Origin: Selaginella moellendorffii
Lineage: Eukaryota > Plantae > Lycopodiophyta
Assembly (NCBI RefSeq): GCF_000143415.4
Contig: NW_003314307.1
Coordinates: forward strand, 1,096,952 to 1,160,951
Direction of reading: 5' to 3'
Length of the DNA stretch: 64,000 nucleotides
Numbering within the stretch: position 1 is the first letter of the stretch; the number at the start of each line of letters is the position of its first letter. Shown piece by piece: positions 48,701 through 59,445 of the stretch. The notes beneath the pieces are model-generated. The model was not told the DNA's origin and made no database searches. It saw only the letters and a list, made by a program, of their open reading frames with translations. Made by a program: the position numbers and the translations under genes.

Positions 48701-50361
48701 ACTAAAGATGAGGTCAAAAGCTTGACTCAGCATCACCCATAATGACTACAACCTAAACTTGAAATCAACTAAATCCGCTTCATCCCGTGCATGTATACAA
48801 CCATTGTTATAAAGAATGAAAACTAGCTCCATTGTACAATACAAGTGTAGACGACAATGTGTGGCAACAAGTCGAGCAATAGAAGATAAACTCAAACTTG
48901 TATCAACTAATACAAAGAGAATAATAAAAGACCACTTGTTATGGAAAGTAAACACTAGATAAATTAATGCCGAGTAAACCCTTTGATGATATTCTTGAAA
49001 GAAAGATGGAGGGGTCACTGATTTATTTATGCAAGGTCCCTCTATTACTCATGCAACTCTTCGTTTTCCCAGATGCATCTCGATGTCCAAACCTTCCATT
49101 ACAGCAACACCAACAAGATGTTGTTGATGCCAAGATCTCCATCTAGGAAATGATGGCTACTAATCTGGAAAACACCAACAACACCAAAACTTTATCATAC
49201 ATCTAAAAACGAACATCACGGCCATGACCATGTCCTCGCCCTTGTCCTTAGACTCAAGTAGCAACAATATTAACCTCTATTGAAACAAGACCATCACCCA
49301 CAAGAAGTGAAATTAGAACATGTATAGCAAAAACTAGAAGATATGATATCTTATAACGTTGTGCCAAGCAAAGAGTATTGTCAGGGTAGCTAAAGCAAGT
49401 GCATATACAAGTCTAATAAAATCTTGATGAAGAGTTGGTCACAACATTCTTAGCTTGATTTGCTCTAACATATTTGGCTCTACACGAAGCAAGAGGTTTT
49501 AGAAATGAACACCAAATTGCATCACCGACTCAAATGGCCCTTGATAAAGACGATGCAATTGTTGGAAGGCATCATCACAATCGTCGGCATGTCCGAATAC
49601 GTGTTTGAAGACATTTAGGAGAACACTCTAATCCTCATAAGTGGCTATGCTCAAACCATTGTACCATTGCAACACCATCCCTTGGAAACATATGGGAAAT
49701 TCATACAAACATGGAGCATCATCCCAAGAATGATATATAGCAATCACTGTGAAGTGATCAAACTAATAGTACACATCATCCCCAGGATTCCCATGAAAAA
49801 ACTCCGGCCAAACATGAGGATTAGCACCAAGAGTAAGAGGAGCTGTACCATGTGCTGTGAATGCCACTATCAATTGAGTTTAGTTGTTTAATTGCAATCA
49901 TATAGCATTAAACAATTGCACTAACTGCTACTTTAGAGTCAAAAGAGGAGGAGACTACTGATCTGCCATAAAGATGAGTAAAAAGGAAAGAGCAAAAGAA
50001 AAAAAAAAAAAAAAAAAAAAACTAGAAGGAAAAGGAGATCTAGACAATGTAAAGCTAAATTTAAACCAAAATCCTAAAAGGAAAGAACAAAAAAAGGAAA
50101 TGGAAAAAACTAAACCTAAATAATGCAAAAGCTAAATGTAAACCAAAATCCTAAATCTAAACAATCCTCAAGGACAATCAAAAGTGCCTTTTACTTCCAT
50201 TAATGTGAGTGTATGGAATATAGAAAATATGCATATCAATTAACAAAAACCTTAATTTATATACAAGAGTGAGTGGTCCAGATTAAAACCAATTTGACAG
50301 TTAAAATCCCATTATATTAATATTAGTATATGGCATTGTAGCTATACACTTGAACCTCACA
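45800..50361 (-). mobile_element. Degenerate Ty3/gypsy element, copy B of the 10171-14893 family (5' LTR 50204-50361)
   Basis: Collinear with copy A through LTR, PBS, gag, PR, RT, RH and INT, e.g. 'AVDRFMKKYSDLFEFDLSSGAKIA' versus 'AVDQLMKKYVDLFEFDLSSGTKIA'. No 3' LTR. Confidence 0.9.
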
Positions 50362-50899
50362 AAACATGTTTATAAATTATAAATACAAAATTAATTTAAC
50401 TCAATATCCTAATATAGAAAACTTAATGTTCATCTTGTTTTGAGATTGCATATAAATGTAGTGGTTTTAGCACTCAAAGACTCTCTTTAGAACTTGTTAT
50501 ACCTCTTTTTCCCATGCAAATTGGTAGAGAAATCATTAGATGATAAAATATTCTAGAATATCCAAGCATATTTTAGATATATCCACTATCATCCCAAGTT
50601 TGCTTAAGCAAACAAAAAACTTTGGTGGAAAGGATTATGAAAGAAAAGTTTATAATAGTCCAAAGCAATTTTGTTGCTAAGCCAAGGAAGACAAAAAAGA
50701 AAAGTGAAAAATTTAATCTTAACAATCTCAAAATTTAATCATAAAGCACACAACACCACCAAATGGGCAATGGGCAGCTGGGTGACAAATAGGAGACGCA
50801 TGCCCTGGCAGAAAAAAAACAAATGCCAAATCAATGCCATGTAAGTAGAAAGAGAGTGAAATTGTTTAACAAAAGGCTCTGTCTCAAGGTCACTTGCTC

Positions 50900-51448
50900 C
50901 TCCTATGAGTCGAACTTCTTGCCTAGCTTAGCTTGCCCTTAGTGACAAAATCACTGCTAGGACTTACTTCCATGAGTTATTCTCCTTCAAACTTCACCAC
51001 ACTGGCTCCGACCCTGCTGCACCCCCAAGAGGCCTCAGCGCCTATACTTGCCAATGGCTTGGAATCCATAGAACCTTGCTTCTGAGAGGTTGTAGATGAC
51101 CCAGGCCCTATGTATACCATGAGAGTACACTCGTCCAGTCATGGCAACCCTTGCCTGAAGCTTTTGGTCATTAGATTGCTTCTTGATCTTTCTAATGCGT
51201 CCCTTTTCCTCCTTCTGGGTGGTGATGGATGACAGTGCGCTCATCGATGAGTGCTTTGGATATTAACTCATATCGAGGTGGGGAATCGTGAGCTCCACCA
51301 CATCCTCTGGTATGGTGCTCCATTCCACTCTAAGGCCTTCTGCAAAGCGTAGACCAATCAGTGCAAACATATTCACGTTGGCAACAAATTCTACTTTGCA
51401 GAGTTCTTCTAAACAAACATGGGATCCATTGTCAAGCAAGTAATCCAA
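50900..51448 (-). pseudogene. Probable F-box-type gene remnant
   Basis: 'VEWSTIPEDVVELTIPHLDMS' resembles an F-box start; the same frame continues across stops ('RAWVIYNLSEARFY'). Confidence 0.35.
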
Positions 51449-51460
51449 CTCTATCTTTGT

Positions 51461-52678
51461 CTAACTTTCCTCACTCGAATTTTCTTCAACACCCCTTGTT
51501 CTTCGTTCTTCGTTTCCATGCTCTGAACCCTGGAGCCTCCCAGTTTCTTTGAGGTACCCCCTGATCACCGGGTTCTTCCTGAAAGCAAGCTCAAATGGAT
51601 TGGTAGCGAACACATTCTCATTGAGCTCCTTGATCTTCTTCAGATCCACTTCCTCTTTCATCGTCAAGTTGATCCGCCCATCGATTATCCGAAGAACCTT
51701 CACTTTGAGCTCTTGCCCAACTTTCACCAAGTTCTCGACTGGAGTGGGCTCCTGTTCTCTACTTGACTCGATCTCATTGGCATGCAAGAATCCCTCTTGG
51801 TTTCCTGGGAGCTGGACGAAACACCCTCGCCTCGTGTAGTTCTTCACAACTCCACTCACCACCTGACCCTTCTGGTAGCTCGTCTTTGGTGGAGGAATCC
51901 TCGAAGAGAGCCTTGGCAGGGGAGAAGAGCTTGGTTCTTTTGAGATCTCTTCACGCGTCGTGCTGCTACTGCTACGTGATTGGAATCTCGTTCCAGGTTG
52001 CTTTGTCGAAGTTCCTGCGATCCGGGAAGAGTTAGTTCCATCATCTTGAGAAGCCGCTGCTCCATTTTTTCCAGCCACTGGAGCTCCATTCGTTGAAGCT
52101 CGGATCCTTGCTGCTTGAGTACCAGTGGAAGTATCTTTCGGGACTGCTGCAAGAGCTCCAGTTCCTTCCACCTGCGCTGTTCCAGACGAAGAGACCTTTG
52201 ATCCTTGAGCTATTACAGCATGTCTCTTGAGCTGGATGCGCCGCTTTGGGAGATCCACGCTCTCGATTTCCACCTGGACTTGCTGCCCGACTGTGAGAAC
52301 ATCCTCCACATTCTGAACGAAGCGGTCGGAGATCTTGGAGATGTGGAGCAGCCCATCGAATCTGGCGTCCAAATCGATGAAAGCGCCAAACGTCATGATC
52401 GCTTTCACGCTGCCCGTCAAAACCTTGCCCGGGACAAGCTCCTCATCCTTAACGCCGAAAGATCGCGGCGGTGCCCTGGACAAAACCGGCCGCTTCTTAG
52501 GCGTCGAATCCCCCTCTACCTTGATCGCCACACCAGATTTCTCGCCATTCGAGCAGCATACCGTGATCAATCGCTGATTTCTCGCGCAGGAAAGCGTGCC
52601 AGGACGCCAATCCTTGCTCCGATTCACGGGCGCCGCCGCAGCGCCTGCATTACACTGCTGGAAGAGGAGCACGCCCAT
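51461..52678 (-). CDS. Plastid two-S1-domain protein, PSRP-7 / PETs N-terminal-like, lacking EF-Ts
   Basis: Transit-like N-terminus. S1 domains 'LTGSVKAIMTFGAFIDL..FDGLLHISKISDRFVQNVEDVLTVGQQV' and 'GQVVSGVVKNYTRRGCFVQLPGNQEGFL'. PETs signature 'GRINLTMKEE...ATNPFELAFRKN'; stop at 51461. Confidence 0.85.
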   Translation of the reverse strand: MGVLLFQQCNAGAAAAPVNRSKDWRPGTLSCARNQRLITVCCSNGEKSGVAIKVEGDSTPKKRPVLSRAPPRSFGVKDEELVPGKVLTGSVKAIMTFGAFIDLDARFDGLLHISKISDRFVQNVEDVLTVGQQVQVEIESVDLPKRRIQLKRHAVIAQGSKVSSSGTAQVEGTGALAAVPKDTSTGTQAARIRASTNGAPVAGKNGAAASQDDGTNSSRIAGTSTKQPGTRFQSRSSSSTTREEISKEPSSSPLPRLSSRIPPPKTSYQKGQVVSGVVKNYTRRGCFVQLPGNQEGFLHANEIESSREQEPTPVENLVKVGQELKVKVLRIIDGRINLTMKEEVDLKKIKELNENVFATNPFELAFRKNPVIRGYLKETGRLQGSEHGNEERRTRGVEENSSEES

Positions 52679-52779
52679 CGCGCTCGCATTGCCCGGAGAA
52701 TTTAGGGTTCTTCCCAGGGTTTAAGAGGACTTCCTTGTATGGTAGGTCAAACAGACTAAAAAGGAGATCCTTGGTCAGC

Positions 52780-53373
52780 ATGGGGGCCGTGTGTGGTCGC
52801 CCAGACCGAAGCTTGCGATCGACATTTGGTCACGAGGAAGTGGAAGAGATTTCTAGATCCATTGTAGAGGTGAGAGTGAGGATCCCACGATCAAAGATTT
52901 CTTTGCCTTGCGACGTCGATTGGAGTGGTCTCGTCCGTGGGTGTTTACAAGAGCTACAAATCGAGGAGAAACTCTATGGAATCCCGTGGCTGGACAACCT
53001 CCTGGCGTGCGCGCTGGTCACGGCCAAGACGAATTGCATCGAATTGCGAGAGAGGAATCCAAACTCGACCATCAGCTGGATGACGATCCGAGCAAACAGT
53101 CATCGCCACGAGCTCGTCACTCTGTCGTGGGAATTCGATGGCTGGCCGGGCTCGTTTCTAAGGATGAAGGACGTAAAAGGCGACGCGCTCATGCGATTGC
53201 TCGCAAAGCATCCACTGGTGACAAGCTTTTCCAGCACTGGCTGCGCCATTCTCGTGGGATTTGACTCGAACTTTTGGAAGATTTTTGATCCATCCGCCAG
53301 TTTAGTCTATGATGTTCCCAAAGATCGCCCAAATTGTGGGATTGGCGACCTCATCTTTGTGCCCATTTCATAG
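52780..53373 (+). CDS. Uncharacterised protein with MGxxC N-terminal acylation motif
   Basis: Intronless 197-aa ORF from ATG 52780 (MGAVCGRP), with gene-like GC content, filling the gap between two genes. Confidence 0.6.
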   Translation: MGAVCGRPDRSLRSTFGHEEVEEISRSIVEVRVRIPRSKISLPCDVDWSGLVRGCLQELQIEEKLYGIPWLDNLLACALVTAKTNCIELRERNPNSTISWMTIRANSHRHELVTLSWEFDGWPGSFLRMKDVKGDALMRLLAKHPLVTSFSSTGCAILVGFDSNFWKIFDPSASLVYDVPKDRPNCGIGDLIFVPIS

Positions 53374-53442
53374 AGACCAGAACCATTGACTTTCTTCATT
53401 AGTAAATGAGTTGACTGATTTCATTGACTCGAGAAGAGAGAG

Positions 53443-54936
53443 CTAGCTAACGTAGGCATTGGAGAGAAGCATATAAGGCGTGTCGTTGGCCGGGTCCACA
53501 TCAAACGCGCGGACTGCCGCCCATGCCGCGCGGCTCACGTCGCGCTGTGTTTTACAAGCGCTCAGTACCGCGCCCCACGCAGCGGCATCCGGCGGCACGG
53601 GCATCTCCTCCACCAGCCGCGCCGCATATTCCACTTGCCCGGCCCGGCCCAGCGCGTCCACCATGGAGCCATAGTGCACCGTGGATGGCGCCACGTGGTA
53701 ATCGCCCACCATGTCCACGAAGCGCGACCGTCCTAGCTGGCAGGCGGTGGCCCCGGACAAAATGCCGGTGAATGTCACCTCGCTGGGCTGGATGCCTTCG
53801 ACGTTGAGGCGGTAGAAGTAGTGCTGCCCGTGCCACGTGTTAGAGAAGGCGCCAATCATGGTCGTCCAGGTCACCACGTCTGGCTCGGGCAGCGCCTCAA
53901 ACAGCCGCTTGGCGGCTTCGAGCTGCCCGGTCGCGGCGAACATTCCAATTATACAATTCCAGGATACGGTGTTTCTCTCGGTCATGGCGTCAAAAACACT
54001 CTTGGCCTTTTCCGGATGCCCATTTTGGGCATATCCTGCTAGCATCGAGGTTTGGGTCACAACGTTTTGTTCTGGCATCAAACCGTACATTCTCTCGGCC
54101 TCGGTCATATGCCCTCTAGATGCGTACGCGTGTGCCATGGACGTCCAGGACACTAGTGAATATTCTGGCATACAATCGAACACCACTTTAGCGCTCTCGA
54201 GATTCCCCTTGTGGCCATAGCCAACAACCATTGCTGTCCAGGAGACAACGTTGTGTTCCGGCATAGACTCTAGAATTACTTCTGAGGTCGCCAAATCCCC
54301 GACAGCACAGTAGGCATTGAGCATAGCAGTCCATGTGGTGACATTCTTCTCGGGCATCATATCAAAGATCTCCTTGGCACGGGCAATATGCCCCTGCCGG
54401 GCAAATGCTACAAGCATGGTCGTCCACGTCACCACGGTAAGCTCGGGTATATTCCGCCACAAGGACTCGGCATCGGAGTATCTTGCTGCTTCCACGAGCG
54501 CTTGCATCATCGCGTTCCACGTCACCACCGTTCGCGCGGGCATGGTTTGGAAGAGAATCATAGCAGAGTCACAATGCCCATTCCGGGCATATGCGGTGAT
54601 CATGGCATTCCAGGCCACTGGATTCCAGTAGGGCATCGAATCGAGGAGCAGCCGCGCCTCCTCGAGGCGTCCCATCCGTGCGTACGCCGTGACCATGAGA
54701 TTCCAAGTGTGTGAATCGCGGGCGTGGGTGGAATCGAAGATCGCGCGCGCGTCCCCCAGCTTGCCGAAGCTCCCGTACATCTGGATGAGGAGATTGGAGA
54801 GAAATGTATCGCCCCTGTATGGGCTGCGAAGAACAAGTGCGTGGAGCTCTCTTCCCTGCGAGACATCTCTGCAATTGCGGACGCGAGAGCACAGCTGCTG
54901 GAACGATGGGATCGGACTGGAGAGCGCCAAGATCAT
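53443..54936 (-). CDS. PPR protein of tandem S/SS motifs with E domain, no DYW
   Basis: First ATG 54936 (track start is TTG). About 31-aa repeats 'MPE.NVV(S/T)WT.M..AY...G'; E domain 'HYGSMVDALGRAG...MPVPPDAAAWGAVLSAC...PYMLLSNAY'. Confidence 0.92.
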   Translation of the reverse strand: MILALSSPIPSFQQLCSRVRNCRDVSQGRELHALVLRSPYRGDTFLSNLLIQMYGSFGKLGDARAIFDSTHARDSHTWNLMVTAYARMGRLEEARLLLDSMPYWNPVAWNAMITAYARNGHCDSAMILFQTMPARTVVTWNAMMQALVEAARYSDAESLWRNIPELTVVTWTTMLVAFARQGHIARAKEIFDMMPEKNVTTWTAMLNAYCAVGDLATSEVILESMPEHNVVSWTAMVVGYGHKGNLESAKVVFDCMPEYSLVSWTSMAHAYASRGHMTEAERMYGLMPEQNVVTQTSMLAGYAQNGHPEKAKSVFDAMTERNTVSWNCIIGMFAATGQLEAAKRLFEALPEPDVVTWTTMIGAFSNTWHGQHYFYRLNVEGIQPSEVTFTGILSGATACQLGRSRFVDMVGDYHVAPSTVHYGSMVDALGRAGQVEYAARLVEEMPVPPDAAAWGAVLSACKTQRDVSRAAWAAVRAFDVDPANDTPYMLLSNAYVS

Positions 54937-55150
54937 CCAAAAGCCACGCGCACAAGTTTCTACCAGATCACGCAATTGGGGGAAAGAAATCGTGCTTGCA
55001 TTTCGATTCCACTCAAGGTAACGATCGAGAAAAATCCCGATTCACACAGTACTCTCTGTACGGAAGAACATCAGTTCAATCAAGAATGGTCAGCAAAAGC
55101 CGAGATTACACAAACAAGAACCTACGCGAGGAAGAAACCCCAGAGCACGA

Positions 55151-55402
55151 TCAATCACGCCGGATCTTGTGGGAGTCCTGGCTGGGATCTGGCGAGTTGG
55201 GCGTGGGAAGCACCCAGTGCCGAGGATGCCGGCAGAAGAATGCCCAATCCGGGATCAAAACGAGCAAGACAACGAACACCGAGCCGCCATAGACGAGCAC
55301 CATCGTCTTCAAGGAGGCAGTGAGCAGCCCAGACGCCATCGCCAGAACCGCCGCTGCCACCAGCGCGTATTGCAGGATCTGTTCCGCCAAGCTGGGATTC
55401 AT
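55151..55402 (-). CDS. SPCS1: Microsomal signal peptidase 12-kDa subunit (SPC12/SPCS1)
   Basis: 'LAEQILQYALV...SLKTMVLVYGGSV..VLLVLIPDWAFFCRHPRHW' with two TM helices; intronless. Confidence 0.85.
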   Translation of the reverse strand: MNPSLAEQILQYALVAAAVLAMASGLLTASLKTMVLVYGGSVFVVLLVLIPDWAFFCRHPRHWVLPTPNSPDPSQDSHKIRRD

Positions 55403-55485
55403 TCTCCAAAACCAAAGAACCGTAGAACCCTAATTTTAATATCACCTTATAACTTCTATTATTACTTTTATTTCAAAGAGATACT

Positions 55486-57039
55486 TCAACTTGGTAAGTC
55501 TACAAGATCCAAAATTTCATCGATGGCAAGATCATTCACCTCGAGCAATGGGAATTGATCGATATCAAACACCACATTGCTCGATCCGAATGACTCTTGA
55601 TCTTTGTCAAGTCCCTGTTTAATGTCAGTGAAGCTAAGCCCAGTATCGATCACCCCGGCTGTTGTTAGTATGGACGACGATGAAGATGACGATGTTAGCG
55701 TGGGTGCAGCTGGTTTCCTCCTCTCGCAATCAAACGATCTTGATCGTTTCACCATGCAGCCTTCTTGTTGCTTTGGAGCTTGGCGTTTCTCATTACTACC
55801 GCTTACATCTTTCTTACCATATATTACCTTTGAAACACAAACACACAAAGGTAAACATCCAAACATTGAAAAATGACTACTTACATATTTCCCATTTCGT
55901 GAGTCTTTGTACAGTAGCAAGTAATCCCCCTCGCAAAGTTTGTGCGATCGGATAAACTCCCCTGTGTTCTCCAATAGATACATTCTGCTCTTGTTGTTTG
56001 GCCAAAACCTGGACAAGAATAACAAAGAGAAACCCTTACAAATCTCTTACTAAGTGCCAAGTTTACCTATATCTAAGATTCCAAGTTCGTTTGCTGGTCA
56101 TGTCCTCCATCGCCAATGTCATTCCTTCCCTGGCTGACAAGTAGGGAAGTCGAGACTCAGCTTCTTTCTGCATAAAAGAACTGGATCACAAAAGGGTTAT
56201 TAAACAGTAAGTCACCCACCTTGGGAAGCACAATTCTTCCCAAATTCCCAACGTCACTGGGCTTGAGCTGCTTCTGCAGCAAAAACTTCAGATTCTTGTT
56301 CTGCAAACCCTGCAAACATTCCCAACAAGAACGTGAAGGAACTTCTAAGTTCCGAAAATGTGGGCACCTGCGTGTGATCGTCAGGGAGTGTAGTTTCCAC
56401 ATCTGAAACGGCAGCCACAGCAGGAGCAGGAGCAGCAGCAGCAGAAACAGAAGTAGGACCGGGCTTTGAAGTGCCGAGCATTGGCCTCCTCTTGCGAGCC
56501 ATGCAGTTCTTCCTGGCAGCCCTAGTCGAAGCACAAGGTGACGAGCTCGCAACGGCCATGATCTGCCCTCCACCCGTCAACGGCGATGACTCAATGATCT
56601 GAAGCTGCTGCTGTGGAGGAGGAAGGCTCACGAACACATTACTGTGATCATGCGAGTAGAACCCGTTCCCCTGCTGGTGGTGATCCTCGGAAAAAGCAGC
56701 CGAATGGTTCCATGGGGACGGATCTTCCGTGCTCCAGCAGTTACCCAGAAGCGGCATCTTTGTTGGGTCATCCTCCGCTCCAAAGATCGATTGCATTTGC
56801 ATGAAGCTGTGGTTGATCCGCAGTTGCTGCTCCATGTCTAGATTGCCTAGCCTGTCATCCTCACCCGCAGATCCCCAAGGCTCGTGCTCAGCCTCGTCGA
56901 TCATGAGCGCCGGGTGATCGGCCTGGTCGAGAATCCATGGCACATTTTGATCGCGCTCGTGATCATCTGTAAGCTGGAAACTTGTGCTACCGTTTTGGTA
57001 ATCGCTGGAGAGAGAGGAGGGATTGGAATCGGCCGCCAT
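55486..57039 (-). CDS. LAV-family (ABI3/FUS3/LEC2-like) B3 transcription factor, 5 exons
   Basis: B2-like '[15 protein letters not shown]'. B3 assembled across introns: '[24 protein letters not shown]|[21 protein letters not shown]...WNLRYR|[31 protein letters not shown]'. ATG at 57039. Confidence 0.92.
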
Positions 57040-57168
57040 AGCCGGCAAGGCAAGGGAAGCAAAAGATCTTCGAGAAAATTATATAGGAACTGGCATCTCG
57101 AGCTCCTTCCCAGCAGCATTTGTCCGCTAAATTTAGAGGCGCTCTAGGGCTTCTATTCTAGTTTTGCA

Positions 57169-57212
57169 ACACGTGGACAGTTCTGGAGCTCTCGATCCGA
57201 CGCTCGTGCATG
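57169..57212 (-). promoter_or_regulatory. ABRE/G-box plus RY element upstream of the ABI3-like gene
   Basis: ACACGTGG at 57169-57176 and TGCATG (CATGCA on the minus strand) at 57207-57212; TATA-like TATATAA near 57080 on the minus strand. Confidence 0.5.
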
Positions 57213-57625
57213 GAACACTCTCAGACACAAGCCTTGTATAAAACTTCCCTTTCGCTTTTTCTTTTCCTAATCGCTTAAAGTTTTTCCTGTTTAAATATTC
57301 CCTCTTGTGACGTTAGATCCGCCGTCCATCCGGCGGCCGGGATTTGGCACATCTGGGCCGTCCGTGCAATGCCTCCCCGGATTTCTGCCCAAATGCCCGC
57401 TTTTTCGCGCCTATCTTACAAAGAAGTGCTGAGCAGTGCTTTCTTGTTGCTTCATTGTGGCCAGGGCTAGGGCTAGGGTTCTTCCACTCCACGTCTAGGC
57501 GCCTCAAGGTAGCTCCCTCCTCCCTCTCTCGCTCTCTCTCTCGATCCAGCGCCAGGGCGAGGCGATCTCGCTTCTGTTGCTTGTTGTGGCAATGTGGGTA
57601 ACAATGCGGCTGCCTGTGTGGCAGG

Positions 57626-58775
57626 ATGTCGCCTCCACCGCCGGGAAAGGCTTCCAGGAATCTCGATCTCTTGAGCTGGCCGGATAATCCCGACGCATCG
57701 CTCCAGATTCGTACCCCAGTGCGCGTCTCGGCGACCAACGACAGCAAAGGCTTCGCGTCGGCGTCGGACGAGAGCTACCGAGAGTATTCCTCGGCAGGCC
57801 GCCCCGGAATCCGGACTCACCAGGTCGGGATCACCAAACCCTCGCTCACAGATTTTTCCCCTCTTTCTTGCTTTGTTTCTAAGCTTGCGCATCTTAGCCC
57901 GCGGGCGGTGCTTGTACTTACGCGTTTGGAGAGCAACTGTCCTCTGAGGAGGCCGAGGCGCTGCTTAAGCGGTGGGTGCTCATTTCTTTTTCTTTTTCTT
58001 TTTTTTTTGTTGTTGTTTGATCTTCATCGTACCACTCGCTGTCTCTTTTAGGCGCCCCGGATCAGAATCAAAGATGAAAGAAATGTCAGGAAACAAGATT
58101 TTCTGCGACGAGCCTGGTGCTGTTCCCGCCGCCCCAGAACGCACTGGAGTGAAACTCTTTCAGGTGATTTTGGTTCGTTTGCGTGAATTTGCTAAGAGGA
58201 AAGGAAAAATTGGATCTTCCAGGCGATTACTTTCGGTGACAACGATAATACGTCCCCTAGAAAAGCCACCACCCAAGCAGAGCTTGCAAAGCAGAAAGAA
58301 TTAAGCGGAAGTCAAGCCATTCCCGACGATGACGCACAGCACAAGCGTCTCCAGTCCAATGCCAAGGTGAAGGAGCTTGTTGGTAGCAACATTTTTGCTC
58401 CAGAAGACAAGCTACCACAGAATGGTAGCACCCCAGTTAAAAAAATCAAGGAACCAACAATTCCTGTAGATGATGCTCCCGGCCTCATGGTAAAGTTCAT
58501 CTGGAACTTCTGATGCTTTTTTAACACTTTGTTAATTGCAGTCTCCCGGGGAAAGGAAGCGGTCACTAACACAGAAAACTGCCGAGCTTTGTGGCAACGA
58601 CATTTTTAAAAATGATCCTCTAAAGACTCCATCCGACTCGAAGCACCTGAGCAGCGCAAAGCTTCGGGAGATGAGTGGTAACGATATATTTGCTGATGAC
58701 AAGCCGGTGCCGCGAGACTGCCTTGGCGGTGTGAGGAAGCCACCGGGTGGTGAAAGCACCATTGCACTGGTCTAG
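57626..58775 (+). CDS. DUF4057-family protein (multi-exon)
   Basis: 'DLLSW', repeated 'K.(K/R)E(M/L)SGN.IF' units and C-terminal 'RDCLGGVRKPPGGESTIALV*'. Confidence 0.85.
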
Positions 58776-58957
58776 AAGATTTTCCTTCATTTCCTCTCTG
58801 CTGGTGATTTTAACTTAACACTGATTTTCTTTTGTCTTGCAGCTCTTTGGTTGTAATGTTTTTCTTTTGTATTTCGGGCTTTTTAATCTCTCAAGAATCT
58901 GTTTTCTTTTTTCTTTTTCCCTTTTTTTCTGTTACAGCAGAACTACCTGGGCCAGAG

Positions 58958-59445
58958 ATGAAGAAGCGCGCGAGGCAAAGGAAAGCTTTGAGAACAGTGG
59001 GAGAGCACAGCTTCTGCGTGGTGATGCGAAGCGAGCTCCTGTCCGAGAGCTGCTGCTTGATCTTGGTAAGCTTCGACAGGGAAAGTTTAATTTTTTTTCT
59101 CACTTTTTTGTTTCTTGAATCTTGTCTGGTCCGTGGCAGCCAGTTCCCGAGAACTACCTGAGCAGCGCCGCTAGCAGTCGGGGAAAAGCGATCCTCGAGA
59201 CACGAAGCGGTGTGAAGTGGGAGATAGAATACGAGGCGGAAGCAAAGAGCCAGACAATCCGGCTGGGCGCAGCAGGATGGCACGCCTTTTCGGTCTACAA
59301 CCAGCTCAATCCAGGTGATTCCATCGTCTTCACGCTGGCCGCTACCAGCTTTATGTGCTTCTCGGTGGTCTTGTTTGGAAGAGATGGAGTGGAGAAAGAG
59401 GCAGTGCCGCTGCCCGTGACGCTCGATGGTGGCCAGCAGTCGTGA
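58958..59445 (+). CDS. Small single-B3-domain (REM-like) protein, 2 exons
   Basis: 'SFCVVMRSELL..CCLIL|PVPENYL...AILETRSGVKWEIEY...RLGAAGWHAFSVYNQLNPGDSIVFTL...FSVVLFGRDG'; intron 59066-59139. Confidence 0.8.

Noticed and set aside
50900-51448. Degenerate EF-Ts tail of PETs ('IPEDVV', 'KGRIRK', 'SDFVTK')
   Set aside because: The short matches are out of the expected order and fit an F-box start better; needs an HMM search.
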